Positions 15,350-29,714 are shown, counted from the stretch's first letter. The stretch is DNA of 64,000 nucleotides from Octopus vulgaris (GCA_951406725.2 OX597821.1:65782001-65846000); one strand, 5' to 3'. The notes: generated by a model from the letters alone, not told the origin. Made by a program: numbers and translations.

Positions 15350-16428
15350 ATTGGAGGTGTTAATTACCACTTGTTCCTGTCTGAAATTGTCAGCCCAGAT
15401 ACAAGAGTCATTGGTAGCGCTTGACATTATTGCACGCATCAGCCTTCCGCTTTCTCTATGGCAATGGTCATGTAAGCGTATTGTTGTTGGAGAAAAGTGG
15501 GGGAGGGGAAATGGTCCCACACCTTCTTCCTTTTTCTAAGACAAACAATGGTACACACTACTGGTTCCACCCACTTGAGACTTCAAAAATTCAGGTTTCC
15601 TATGCAGCACTTTAGTAAACTTCTCTCTCTCCCTTCTTTCTTCCTTTTGCTGTTTCACTCTCTCTTACTTCGTATACCCACTGTTCCCACTTACTCTTGC
15701 TTTCTCTCTCTCTCTCTCTCACTCCTTGCTTCATTCTATCTACCTCTCCATCTTTCCCACTTAGGCTTCCTCTCTCACTGATGTCTTTCTTTCTCAACCT
15801 TTGGTCACTATTTCTCTACTTCAGTCATTCTTCCTCTGACCCTCTATCTCGCCCACCCTCTCTTTTTCACTTTCTTTCTCTAGCAATATATCTACATATC
15901 TCTCTCTCTCTCTCTCTCTTTCTTCCATTCCTACATGTCTTCCTCAATCTGCCCCACATTCTCTCAACCCTCAAACAATACAAATGGACACAGATTATAA
16001 ACAATTATGCTATCTCACTACTTTGGTTATGTTCACAGTAGATGATGATGATCATCATCGTCATCATCATCATCACCATCACCATCATCATCATCATCAT
16101 CATCATCATTTAATGCCCACTTTTTCATGCTTGCATGACTTTGGATTTTTTAGGGCCAGATGCCCTTCCTATTACTGACCCTCACTTGTTTCCAAGCAAG
16201 GTAATATTTCTCCCCTAGCTAGACATGTTTTTCATGGAAAACTGAAAACGAACAGTTTTATGACAGTGATGCTCATTTATAACACTTGTCTAGACATCAT
16301 ATGATGTCTAGACAAGTATACACACAAGCATATGCAACTCTTTATCTTATATTAAACTTTTAATACTTTTTGATAGTTATATTTAAAAAAAATAAATAAA
16401 TAAATAAAATAATAATAAAATATATATA

Positions 16429-16748
16429 TATCTATAAAATAATATGTTACATTACTCAATAGTTAAGATAAAACTCTGAGTTTCAGATGCCAAAGTGGAA
16501 ATCCACAACACCATCTCTTCGGTTATCTGGCCATCTCCCAGATGGCCAGATAACCAAAGAGATGGTGTTGTGGATTTCCACTTCGGCATCTATGGTGTTG
16601 TGGATTTCCACTTCGGCATCTGAAACTCAGAGTTTTATCTTGACTATTGAGTAATGTAACATACTATTTTATAGATAAATTTCTTCTATTTACATAATAT
16701 TGAGGTCTCTTTCTTTCTTTTATTATCTTATCATTTTTAACAATATAT
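16429..16748. mobile_element. Penelope-like terminal repeat in inverted (palindromic) arrangement carrying two hammerhead-like motifs
   Basis: Arms of about 108 bp around a 3-nt centre (16537-16539); 30-bp tandem duplication 16562-16621; homologous to 41650-41850. Confidence 0.7.
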
Positions 16749-17037
16749 CATCATCATCATCATCATCGTTTAACTTAAAAATTTATAAGTATAAATTATT
16801 AATTTAAATAATTTTTTAAATTTTAACTCTAATTTAAATATTTTAAATTTTAAATTTTATATTTTATATATTTTTTATTAATTAATTTTATTTCTATGTA
16901 TTGGCTTATGATTTTCAGTATTTGATTTGCCTAATAGTGGTTTTATTTCTAATTTAATATAATATATATATATTTATACTATAAAATTAGATTTAATCCT
17001 AAATCTAATTTTCCCCTGTAACTTTGGATTTACCCCT

Positions 17038-17073
<36 letters not shown>

Positions 17074-17093
17074 ATATATACATATATATATAC

Positions 17094-17133
<40 letters not shown>

Positions 17134-17243
17134 CACGCACATATATATATATATATATACATATGAATTTATATATATGTATATATATATATATATATAT
17201 ACATACACGCACATATATATATATATATACATAAGAATTTATA

Positions 17244-17285
<42 letters not shown>

Positions 17286-17433
17286 CACATATATATGCAT
17301 ACATGTAATGAGCACATGGCTCAGTGGTGAGAGTGTCATGTTCACAATTATGAGGTAGCGAGTTCGATTCCTGGACCAGGAATAATAACATTGAAAAACA
17401 CCTTAGGAATGAGAACCCAGGTTTGAAATTTCC

Positions 17434-17485
17434 CCAAGACACCTGATGAAGGCTGGAGGGTATATCAGTCAAAACGTTGTCTTAA
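17434..17485 (+). ncRNA. Degenerate minimal hammerhead-like motif
   Basis: AAGACAC-CTGATGA-A-GGCTG-loop-CAGTC-AAAAC-GTT-GTCTT; the GAAA box is mutated to AAAA. Confidence 0.55.
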
Positions 17486-18395
17486 CAACAAACAAGATAA
17501 GGACAAATATCTGTCAAATGTAAATAATGTACACTTACTTTATCATTGAGTGAATTCGCTCGATGAGCAGATAGAGGTGAGAAACTTGGATTAGAAATAA
17601 AGAGCATCCTCAACATCAAAGGAAATGAATGTGGTTGGCTTTAGGAGGGGCACCCAGCCGTGGAAACCAAGACAAATTAGGTTGAAACCTGGTACAGCTC
17701 TCTAGCTTGCCAACTGTGGTGAAACCATGCAGACCATGCCAGCATGGAAGACAGACATTAAATGATGATGATGATTATGATGATATCAATTGAAGGAAAG
17801 GATCAAAGGCCCTTCTCAAGCCATAGGTTCATAAGGCTGGTTTCTTGGATTCTGTGGTGTAAATATATATCCCTACCACACAGACACACATACAATGAAA
17901 TGCTGGTCAGTTGTAGGGAACATGAAATGAAGTGTTTTGCTCAAGAATGCAATGTATTGCCTTCTCCGGGAATCGAAACCACAATCTTACAGTCATGAAT
18001 GCAACACCTTACCCACAAACCAACATGCCTATACACAAACACAATGTAAATAAATACAAAATCAAAATCTTGCACACATTCTTTTATTCAGTCATTTGAG
18101 TGCGGCCATGCTGGAGCACCACCTTAAAAGGTTTTAGTCAAAGAAATCAACCCCAGGACTTATTCTTTGTAAGCCTATTACTTATACTATCAGTCTCTTT
18201 TGCTGAACTGCTCAGTTATGTGGACAAACAATGACACACACACACATTAAATACATACATACATTATATATTATATACATCATCATCATCATTTAACGTC
18301 TGTTTTCCATGCTGGCATGGAGTATATATATGTGTGTATTTTGATATGCATACTTGTATACATGTTTGGATATGCAGTCTGGTCGCATGTGAGTC

Positions 18396-18441
<46 letters not shown>

Positions 18442-18863
18442 TGTGTTTGAGTGTGCAGTTGGAATTATCTACACACATCACAACTCTAAGTCGAGCTCAA
18501 ATGAGAACATTAAACCCTTAACTGTACTTTCAGTAAGAAGAGATCAACTGGTACAAATCAGTTTATGGTTAACTCATTAGACATATATAACCTAGGTCCT
18601 TCTAAGGGTATAGGGTTTTGTTCTCTTTGATATGTTTAGATTCCTGTTGTTGTTGTTGTTGTTGTGTTTGCAGGGATGGAAAAGCCGTTATGCACTTATT
18701 TTAACTTACTTTGTTTTATCACTGATTTCTTTTTTTTTTGGTATTTTTCATTATATTTTTCCATTTTTTCCTTTAAAATTTAGTTTATCACATTCTTATC
18801 TTAAGCTATGTTCTTCTAAGTTCTTTAAATGGAAGAATGATTTTTCTGCCAGAAGAATTCAGT

Positions 18864-18898
<35 letters not shown>

Positions 18899-19139
18899 TT
18901 AATAATAATAATAATAGTTTTGCAAATTTTAGCAGACAACTTCTTCCTCAGTTTAGCCAACAACTGGGGAAGGCACTGTCGATTATATTGCTCCCAGTAC
19001 TTCACCCCGAAAGGATGAAAGGCAGAGTCGACCTTAGAGGAATTTGAACTTCGAACATAAAGAGTCGCAAGAAATGCTGGTAGGCATTTTTGTCTGACAT
19101 GCTAATGGTTCTTCCAGCTCATTGCCTTTTTTTATTAGC

Positions 19140-19192
<53 letters not shown>

Positions 19193-19288
19193 TTTCATTT
19201 ATTTGCCACAAGGGCAAAGGATGAGAGACAAATATAAAGTATGGGGGTTTACATATAATAATGAAATTAAAAAAAAAAAGTATACATA

Positions 19289-19690
19289 GGCGCAGGGGTG
19301 GCTGTGTGGTAAGTAGCTTGCTTACCAACCACATGGTTCTGGGTTCAGTCCCACTGCGTGGCACCTTGGGCAAGTGTCTTCTGCTATAGCCTCGGGCCGA
19401 CCAAAGCCTTGTGAGTGGATTTGGTAGACGGAAACTGAAAGAAGCCTGTCGTATATATGTATATATGTGTGTGTATGTTTGTGTGTCTGTGTTTGTCCCC
19501 CTAGCATTGCTTGATAACCGATGCTGGTGTGTTTATGTCCCCGTCACTTAGCGGTTCGGCGGGAGAGACCGATAGAATAAGTACTGGGCTTACAAAGAAT
19601 AAGTCCCGGGGTCAATTTGCTTGACTAGGGGCGGTGCTCCAGCATGGCCGCAGTCAAATGACTGAAACAAGTAAAGAGAGTAAAGAGAGT
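19289..19690 (+). mobile_element. SINE family A, full length (about 400 bp, internal TA/TG microsatellite)
   Basis: A box TGGCTGTGTGG, B box GGTTCAGTCCC, CORE-like CACCTTGGGCAAGT, tandem GTAAAGAGA tail; more than 10 copies in the window. Confidence 0.9.
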
Positions 19691-19805
19691 ACGGTATATG
19701 ATGGAAAAGAAGGGACATATGCATAGCATACAAAGGTAAAAAAAATGTAGAGGGAGGCGATAGCGAATAGGGCCCTCCTGCTACAGAAACGCCTCTAGGG
19801 ATAAT

Positions 19806-20036
19806 CTGTTTCTTTACTACCCACAAGGGGCTAAACATAGAGGGGACAAACAAGGACAGACAATCGGATTAACTCGATTACATCGACCCCAGTGCATAAC
19901 TGGTACTTAATTTATCGACCCCGAAAGGATGAAAGGCAAAGTCGACCTCGGTGGAATTCGAACTCAGAAGGAAACAGCAGATGAAATACAGCTACGCATT
20001 TCACCCGCATGCAAACAGTTCTGCCAGGTCGCCTCC
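19806..20036 (-). mobile_element. SINE family B, subfamily B2
   Basis: Same head as B1 with the alternative tail ...GCCCCTTGTGGGTAGTAAAGAAA. Confidence 0.85.
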
Positions 20037-20261
20037 TTTTGTACAATCTGAAACTCTATGTGCAAGTGCCCTCTCCAATTCCTTATCTCCAACTCACAGG
20101 TCAACACTTAAAGAGGTACCATCCACTCTTGACATTTTTGCAACTCTCACCCACATTTCAATAAACTCACTCAAGAACAGCACTTCCCTCTCCACCCTCA
20201 ATTTCCCTTTCAAGTGAAACTTGAAAAGGTCAATGAGAGCTCTACCAAAGAGGAATGTATC

Positions 20262-20981
20262 TGTCCTCATAATGGTTTGAAATTTTGGCACGAGGCCTGA
20301 AGTTTGGTGGGGTGGGGACAAGTCAGTTGCATTGGCCCCAGTGTGCAACTGGTACGTATTTCATCAACTCTGAAAGGATGAAAGGCAAAGTTGACCTCGG
20401 TGGAATTTAAACACAGAGCACAAAGGTTCAATGAAATGCTGCTACTTATTGTGTCCAATGTGCTAATGATTGTACAAACTTGTCAGCTCAATAAAAATTT
20501 TAATAACAACAGCAACAACAATAATTCTTTCGACTGGAAGCACAAGGCCTCAAATTTGGAGGAAGGGATGAAGTCGATTATATCGGCGCACTGCACAACT
20601 AGTACTTATTTAATCAACCCGGATAAGATGAAAAGCAAAGATGACCTCGGCGGAATTTGAACTCAGAATATAGCAGCAGATGAAATACTACTAAGCATTT
20701 TGCCCGGCATGCCAACGGTTCTGCCAGCTCACTACCTTAACAACAGCAGTAATAATAATCCTTTCCACTTAAGGCACAAGGCCTGAAATTTTAGAAGAGG
20801 GGATTAGTCGATTACAAGTGCTTAATTTATTGACCCCGAAAGAAGGAAAGGTTATATCAGCCTCAGCAGAATTTGAACTCAGAACATGAAGACAGATGAA
20901 ATAATGTTAAGTATTTCGCCTGGCATGCTAGCATTTCTGCCAGCTCACCACTTCAGTAAATGGTAATGATAATACTAAAAC

Positions 20982-21036
<55 letters not shown>

Positions 21037-21240
21037 CCTTTCTTCTAAAGACACAAAGCTCGAAATTTTGTGGGAGGGGACTAGTTGATTACATCATCAC
21101 CAGTGTCTCACTGGTACTGATTTATTAACCCCAAAAAGGCGAAAGGCAGAGTTGACTTCAACAAGAATTGAATCCAGAGTGTCAGAGGCAGAAGAAATAC
21201 TGCAAGGTATATTTTCCAATGTTCTAATGATTCCATCTGT
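20262..21240 (-). mobile_element. Cluster of four co-oriented SINE B1 copies separated by (AAT)/(AAC) tracts
   Basis: Repeated GGCAC(A/G)AGGCCTGAA(A/G)TTT...AATTTGAAC blocks near 20290, 20540, 20775 and 21050. Confidence 0.8.
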
Positions 21241-21779
21241 ATGCCACCTGTGCTTGTCCTTCTTTCATACTTTGGCCCCATTTGGGCCCTCATCACCTGA
21301 CATAATGACATCCTACCCCGCCTCTAGAGTACATTCTCTCTCAGCCACGGGAGTTTATTTTCCTGTCATGTAAGTTATTTGGCAACCTCACTAGTGTTGG
21401 TGTCATGGTAAAAGCACCCAGTACGCTCTGTAGAGTGGCTGGTGTTAGGAAGGGCACTCCGCTATAGAAACTATATGAAAGCTGATGCAGTCCAGCAGAT
21501 CTTTGGTCTGGTCAAACTATCTTTCTGAGATAGTTTCTGAGATTCGCCAGCACTACACCTGATTTCCTCCCCTCCAAACACACACAAGCATGTATCTGAC
21601 TCATACATTGTTCGCTTTCCAGACATTTGTACATTGCTGCATACAATTTATATGCACTTTCTGACAAGTTGTGGTGCACCTGAGCATTGTATACAATAAT
21701 TTCATTATCATTATTATATCCAGCCCTTGTTAGGATAGAAAAGAGATGCTAAATGATGCTGATAATATCTGAACACATG

Positions 21780-22020
21780 TAAAGGGTAAAGGGTAAAGAC
21801 CCCCTTCCATTATGAATGACCATGGAATTGCATTTAGAAAGTTATCCTCCGAAGCATAAGTCTGATGTTATCAAAGGGAAAGGCAAAGGGAGATACAGCT
21901 TGGTGCCAGTGACATCACAACTCATTTCTATAACTGAGTTATTTTTGAGTAACAAGAAATAAGTGTTTGCTCAAGAACACAACACACAGCCTGGTCCAAG
22001 AATCGAACTCACTAACTCAT
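21780..22020 (-). mobile_element. SINE family C, internally deleted
   Basis: (AAAGGGT)n tail and family C body. Confidence 0.75.
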
Positions 22021-23539
22021 GTAACATAGCAGTTCAGCAAAAGTAACTGATAGAATAAATATACTAGGCTTACAAAGAATAAGTCCTGGGGTCAATCTGT
22101 TTGACTAAAGGCAGTGCTCCAGCATAGCCACAGTCAAATGACTGAAACAAGTAAAAGAGTAAAAAAATAAAGGATTAGACAAAGAGAGAGGGGGGTGAAA
22201 GAATGGAGGGGTGTGACCCAGTTTTGGTGAACCTCCAAATTTAAAAGGGTTCTTCTTGTCAGATCAAATTGGTCCTATCCTACACAATAACTGCAAAACT
22301 CCACCTCTACCTGCCTCTCCCATACATACACTGCTGCCCCTCCACCACCACCAACAACATTTGACAAAGATGCAAAGAAATATCTCCAGGAATATCACCT
22401 CCACACCCAACCCAGCCCTCCGGGAGGAGAAGGAGGAGGAGGAGGAGGAGGAGTAAGAGGAGATAAGATGATTGAGAAGTGATGATACTGGCTATGGTGG
22501 TTGTTATTAAATCCTGGATCATCTGTCAAGAAGCACATGTATGTATATTTTATTTCCACCCATGACATTCCCCAACGATTTTCATACATTCTATATATTC
22601 AGGGCTAGATTAACCATTGTGTTTATCTTACTTGAAAGTCAGTAGAATGTGTTATCTGAGGGAGATTTAGCTGTAATTTCTAGCACTTTGAATGACCACA
22701 TACAGGTTCTCCTATTATTTCTCAGAGGGGGTAGAAAGAGGTAGATAGTGATGGCAGCAGTGGTGATGGTGGTGGTAGTGGGGAGTGTTATGTTATTTCA
22801 ATCTTGTGAAACAAAGTATATATCAGCTTGAAATTAATGGATCTAACAGAACAACAGACACGGTTGTGGTGTTGGTGGTGGTGGTAGTAGTAATAGTAGT
22901 AGTAATGGTAGAGGGCAGAGAACTGGCAGAATCGTAAGCACGCCGGGTGAAATGCTTAGCGGTATTTCATCTGCCGTTATGTTCTGAGTTCAAATTCCAC
23001 CGGGGTCGACTTTGCCTTTCATCCTTTCGGGGGTCGATTAAATAAGTACCGATTACGCACTGGGGTCGATGTAATCAACTTAATCCATTTGTCTGTCCTT
23101 GTTTGTCCCCTCTATGTTGAGCCTCCCCCCCCCCCTGTGGGCAATAAAGCAATAAGTAGTAGTTTTTGTTGCTGATTTTGTAATTTCTTTTTGTTTAGCC
23201 ACAGGTCAGCTCTAGCTGAGCTGAATCCCTGATTAAGGGTATTCCAGCCATGACCAACAATTTTTTCATTTCTTTTCTTTTCTTTGTTTTTGTTTTCAAA
23301 TAAGCCTAGTACCACAACTATTATTGCGGTTATCCTTCATGTTTAGGATGGTAGGGTGTGATTTATGCAAGATGTAGATGCTTTTTCTAACAGATCAAGT
23401 GACAGTACTGTCTGTTCCTTCCCAAAAACTGAATCAACATACATATTTATATACATACATATACTACCATCCACAACAAGTCACTTTCAGGACACTTGAC
23501 TATTTAACATCCTACTACAAACCATAGCACGCCCGCATG

Positions 23540-23574
<35 letters not shown>

Positions 23575-23576
<2 letters not shown>

Positions 23577-23822
23577 TATTATTATTATTATTGTTGTTAT
23601 TATTATTATTGAGTGAGAGAACAGTGCATGCCATCAAAGTGACACTGGGGTAAAATATACGAAGCCCAGTATACCCATCATGACTACCTGTCTGATAAGG
23701 GTACACTAGGCACATGCATCACAATCATGCGTGCGTGACATGGTGATCTCATATCAAGATAAACAGCACATGACCTTGCAGGTAGGGCCCAGTTAGAGTT
23801 TTCTTCTGGTCGAGTAACCCAG
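23575..23822 (-). mobile_element. Retroposon 3' end adjoining (TAA)n, probably a Dong/R4-type UTR; short second copy at 4280-4350
   Basis: GAGTGAGAGA(G/A)CAGTGCATGCCATCAAAGTGACACT follows (TTA)n in both copies. Confidence 0.5.
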
Positions 23823-24204
23823 TCAAACAGTTCAACCCATGGACATTAAATGATGATACATACATACATACATATATATATATATTTTTATTCATAACTA
23901 TATATATATATACCCACATACACACATACATACATATAAATACATATAGACACACACCTACACAGATAGACTGATACATATATACATGCATGAGATCACT
24001 AAATAGGGGGAAAGGGTTAATCAATCCAACTCCAGTACTTAGTCCTTAACTGTTACTTTATTTTACTGATGCTGGAGAGAGACAAAATGCAAAGTGAGGT
24101 CTTTCCTTAGTGAAGAATACACCACTTCACATTGACTAGTGATCACTAATACCAGGGAGGTAGAGTAATTGATGTGCATAAAAAGAACCCTGGGGAAATT
24201 ACTG

Positions 24205-24608
24205 TAGTGGGGTCCATGTATATGCAACCACAACATTCATAGATTAGCAGTGGGTTCCTAGATTCATGGGGCCCCTATATACACAACCACAGGCAACATT
24301 CATAGATTAGCAGTGGATCCCTAGATTCATGGAATTTCTATGGGATTCATAGGATTTCAGTGGGCTTCTATGTGCAAAACCATAACATTCATTGATTAGC
24401 AGTGGGCTCTTGAACTCATGGGACCCCTATGTATCCAACCGCAGTATTCATACATTAGGAAGACAGCCCTAGATTCATGGGACCCTAGACTCATGGGGCC
24501 TCTATTTATACATTCACAGCATTCTTAGTTAAGCATGGGCCCCTAGGTTCATGCAGTCACTATGTACACATCCACAACATTTATAGATTAACAATGGGCC
24601 CCTAGACT
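24205..24608. repeat. Degenerate minisatellite of about 60 bp, about 6 units
   Basis: Recurring CACAACATTCATAGATTAGCAGTGGG..CCTAGATTCATGGG. Confidence 0.8.
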
Positions 24609-24688
24609 TGTTGAGCACTCAGGCAACTTGCCCTTAAGACAACATTGACACCAGGATAAGAACTGAGATCATATCTCAGCACAGAATG

Positions 24689-25186
24689 CTGTAATAAATA
24701 TTCTTTTCTACTCTAGGCACAAGGCCCGAAATTTTGGAGGAGGGTGCCAGTCGATTAGATCGACCCCAGTATACAACTGGTACTTAATCTGTCGACCCCG
24801 AAAGGATGAAAGGCAAAGTTGACCTAGGCGGAATTTGAACTCAGAATGTAAAGACAGACAAAATACCTATTTCTTTACTACCCACAAGGGGCTAAACACA
24901 GAGAGGACAAACAAGGACAGACAAACGCATTAAATCAATTTTATCAACTCCAGTGCGTAACTGGTACTTACTTAATCGACCCCCGAAAGGATGAAAGGCA
25001 AAGTCGACCTTGGTGGAATTTGAATTCAGAACGTAGCGACAGACGAAATATGGCTACGCATCTTGCCCGGCATGCTAACGCTTCTGCCAGCTCGCCGCCT
25101 TCTGTAAAGACAGACAAAATACCGCTGAGCATTTCACCCAGCATGCTGACGTTTCTGGCAGCTTGCCGCCTCCTGTAATAAATATT
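24689..25186 (-). mobile_element. SINE B2 nested in SINE B1, both with target-site duplications
   Basis: Outer TSD CTGTAATAAATATT (24689-24702, 25173-25186); inner TSD TGTAAAGACAGACAAAATACC (24847-24867, 25103-25123). Confidence 0.92.
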
Positions 25187-25494
25187 GCAAAACTCTATAT
25201 TCTATAGAACAGAAATGACAAACTGACTGCGCCAGTTTGTCTTTCACACATACATCTCACTTATACCATTCTGTATTATTTCCTAGTGGCAATAATGCAT
25301 CTTATCAAGATTAATTTTTCAGACTGATGATTGATATGGAATTAATCCAGTAACTCAATCCTGAAATTGGTTAGAAACTGCTAATGTGATGATGTGACAA
25401 GAAACTGTTGTTAATGCAATGATAAAGTGAATATTTCCCATCTTGATTTGCTATATAAAGGAGAAATAAAATACCACACAAACACACACACATG

Positions 25495-25554
<60 letters not shown>

Positions 25555-26319
25555 TGATATAGATTTGATAAATTATTTCTTCAAAAGGTTTGACTTCATC
25601 GGTTATAAATAAGTTTAGAAGAGAAACTACAAAAATATTGCAAAAGCTACGGAGATTTGTGATTTCAGGTGTGTTGGTTGCTTGGTACTTCTGAAGTATA
25701 TTCCAGTTGCAATAATACTAGAAGGATAAGTGATCAAGTTTGTCACCTCCAAAGCAAGCATACAATGTTTACTTAAATGAGGAGGTGAATCTCTACAGCA
25801 GCGTTATTAAATCCTTTTTACTCTTGGAGAACCATTGAAATTGCTGCAAGAAGGTAGCTTTCCAAACACATGATTCCCAGTTCAGTCCCACTGCATGGCA
25901 TCTTGTGTCTTCTACTATAACCTTGGGCCAACCAAAGCCTTGTGAGTGGATTTGGTAGGTGGAAAGTGAAATATGTCTGTCGTATACATATATATCATCA
26001 TCATCATCATTGTTTAACGTCTGTTCTTCGAGCTAGCACGGGTTGGACGGTTCGACCAGAGTCTAGGAAGCCAGGAGTCTGCACTAGGCTCCAGTCTGAT
26101 CTGGCAGTGTTTCTACAGCTGGATGCCCTTCCTAACACCAACCACTCCGTGAGTGTAGAGGGTGCTTTTTACATGCCACTGGCACAGAAACCAGTCAAGG
26201 CGGAGCTGGCATCGGCCACGTTCGGATGGTGCTTTTTACATGCCACCGGCACAGGTATCACAACTAATATATATCATCATCATCATCATCATCGTTTAGC
26301 GTCCGTGATGATGATGATG

Positions 26320-26357
<38 letters not shown>

Positions 26358-26427
26358 ATGTAACTACATGTGGACTGTTGGCGATTTTTTCCTCCTTTCT
26401 TTTCTGTTGGACTTTCCTATGTTTCCT

Positions 26428-26462
26428 GTCTCCGAAGAAGAGCTTTGCTCAAAGCGTAAAAC
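26428..26462 (+). ncRNA. Degenerate minimal hammerhead-like motif in a Penelope-type repeat (about 26370-26570)
   Basis: CCGAAGA-A-GAGC-TTT-GCTC-AAAGCGTA. Confidence 0.4.
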
Positions 26463-26597
26463 AACCACTCTTTCTTTCCTTCTCTGAGTATCTTATTAAT
26501 ACTTCATGTGTACCACGTCCTTGCATTGTTGTTTTTTCTTGTCTTTTTTCTCTGATTTTGGAACTAAAATTTATATCATTAAAAAATTTAATGCTAG

Positions 26598-27385
26598 AGA
26601 TGTTGGCAACGGTAATGGTAGTGTTGGTTGTAGTGGTGACAATGGTAATGGTGGTAGTGTTGGTTGTGGTTGTAATAATGGTAGTGGAGGTAGTGATGGT
26701 TGTGGTTGTAATAATGGTAGAGGAGGTGATAGTAGTGCTGGTGGTGATGGTAGAAGTGTTGGCAATGGTGATGATAATTTTGGTGGTGGTGGTAATGGTA
26801 GTGGTGATGGTAGAAGTGTTGGCAGTGTTTTTGTGGTGGTGGTGATGATAATGGTGGTAGCAATGGTTGTGGTGGCTGTGGTGGTAGGGATGGTAGGGGT
26901 GGTGGTGATAGTAGCAGTGTTGGCTGTGGTGGTAGTGATGGTAGAGGTGGTGGTGATAGTAGCAGTGTTGGCAGTGGTGGTGGTGGTGGTGATAGTAGTG
27001 ATGATAATGGTGGTAGCAGTGTAGCAATGGTGGTCATAGTAATGTTAGTGATATAGTGTTGGTGATGGTTGTGATAATGGTAGTGGTTATGAAGATTATT
27101 GCAACGATGGCGGTGGTGGTGATGATTGTAAAGATGGCAGCGGCAGTGGTAGTGATGACATTTTCTGATGGTCTTTGTGATGCTAGTGGTAGTCGCAATG
27201 GTGATATTGAAATTTGTACAGCTAAATGCTGGAAGTATTCTGGTTCCTGATACTGTGGAAGTCGGGTCTGTTAATGGAAACGGTAGAAAGAATAATGGTG
27301 AAGATGATACTAGTGGTGGTGGTGGCAGTAGTTGCAATGATGATGATGATGTTGATGATGAAACTGCTGGCGATGTCGAAGGTAG
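26598..27385. repeat. Cryptic trinucleotide (GGT/GAT/AGT/AAT) low-complexity tract
   Basis: NNT periodicity over about 800 bp, generating spurious Val/Gly/Thr/His-rich ORFs. Confidence 0.9.
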
Positions 27386-27944
27386 AATTTCAGATCTATT
27401 TTAACCCACAATGCCAAAAGACAGATAGATGATAAAAAGGGAAATTCTAAGAATAGAGTGTAACACTTAGAAAGTCCTCATCAAAGAAGATTTCAAGAAA
27501 TATGGAAAAAAAAAAAAATAAATAAAAATAAAAATAAAGTAAAAAGAAATAACAAGTAAAACAGAGAGACAAATAATGGTTCCGGTTGGAAGGAAATAAA
27601 AAGAGGAAACAAAATTAATATTAATAATAATAATAATGATAATAATGCAGATGATGATGATGGTGGTAGTGGTGGTGAAGAAAACTAGGGCAGAAACCAT
27701 CAACTTCAGCAGGAACTGTAAACCTTGACTCTCAATTTTCAGGAAGATGATTTCACAGTTGTTTCGTTTGACTCATAATGGCTCTGACTCACATTCGCTT
27801 ATCATTCTTTTGTTTTCTAAAGAAATGTTTTTAGTGTTATGTATGTGTGTGTGTGCATGCATACACACACACACACACACACACACATACACACACACAC
27901 AAAGATATATACACACACACACACACTTGTTTACAGGTACAATA

Positions 27945-27983
<39 letters not shown>

Positions 27984-29287
27984 GTATATAATTATGCATG
28001 AGTATGTACAGGTGTATATGTATGTATAAATCTATGAGTGAGTATATATGTTGGTATATGTATATGTCTGTATGTATATATATATGTGTGCGTGTATATG
28101 TATGTGTGTATATATATGCATATATATATATATATACATATATATACATATTTATATATATACACACACACACACCCATATATACATGCATATATACGTA
28201 CATATATAAATATACATATATATCCATACATACACATATATATACATACATATATAAACATATATATACATACATACATATATATATGCATGCATAGATA
28301 TATATATGCACACATACATGCACATATAGATACATACATACATACATACACACATATACATATACATACATACAACACACACACACACACATAGTTGTCA
28401 TAGTAGTAGTAGTAGTAGTAGTAGTAGCAGTGGTGGTGGTGGTGATGGTGGTGGTGACGGCAAAGAGGGGGTTCATGCAAGTGTTTGTGTTCTTAGCTTT
28501 GCAATATTTCTTTTGCAATTCTGTCCTACTTTAGTGCTATGCAACCATCATCATCATCAGCAGCAGCATCATCATCATCACCACTGTGTTACAAGAGCCT
28601 ATAGCCTCTGGCGACAGAGGCTGAAAGCATTCCTCGATAGTGATGAAAGAGGTTAAAGGTTTCAAATTTATATTCCAAACAAATAAATATACAAATAAAT
28701 TAATTTAAACACGAAAAAAAAAAAAAGAGTAAGAACAAAAGAAGGAAAGAAAAAAATCCTAGGAAGTATGGAATATTGAGATAAAATATCAAATATAAAG
28801 AATTTGCAGTGGGCTTTCAGATTTCCTTCCACCGTGGTGGAACAGAAATTAATACACATGGATGTATGGGATATAATGTTTCAAGTAAATATGCTGTGTG
28901 TACTTTAGAGAGCAAGAAGCAGGCTCCTGCGTGGGAGGAGGGGAATCATATACGCCCTCCACCCTCATCATCATCGACATCATCATTATCATCATCGACG
29001 TCATCATCATCGTCATCATTTAATGTCAGCTTTTCATGATGGACGGTTTGACAAGGAACTGTCAAGACAGAGAGCTGTACCAAGCTCCAACTGTTTGTTT
29101 TGGTTTGGTTTCCACAGCTGGATGCCCTTCCTCAATGCCCACCACTCTGGAGAATGTATGGGTGCTTTTTATGACACCAGAATGGGTGCTTTTATTCATG
29201 TAGCACCAGCATGGGCATTTTTTTCTTTTATGTGGCATATGCATCATTTTTCTTGTTTCACTCATTGCACTGGAGCCATGCTGGGGC

Positions 29288-29373
<86 letters not shown>

Positions 29374-29665
29374 GCATATACGACAGGCTTCTCTCAGTTT
29401 CTGTCTGCCAAATCCTTTCACTAGAGATTGGTCAGCCCAGAGCTATAGGAGAAGACTCTTGCCCAAGGTGCCATGCAATGAGACTGAACCTAGAACCATG
29501 TGGCTGAGAAGCAAACTATATACTACAAAGCTGTGCCTACATATATACACACATACATTATATATATATATATCAGTGAATAGACAAAGAACGGTACTCA
29601 AAACACATTTATTGGGAGTTATATCGTAAGCTCAATGCTCTAACCACTGAGCCATGCACCTTTAC

Positions 29666-29697
<32 letters not shown>

Positions 29698-29714
29698 ATA
29701 TATATACATATATA

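Noticed and set aside
15350-15480. Possible CRE-clade LINE 3' remnant next to (AAT)n
   Set aside because: Similarity too weak and frameshifted to support by eye
26342-27432. Gly/Asn-rich, Pro-rich (extensin-like) and His-rich ORFs up to 247 aa
   Set aside because: All frames are open because of cryptic trinucleotide periodicity; no splice or homology support
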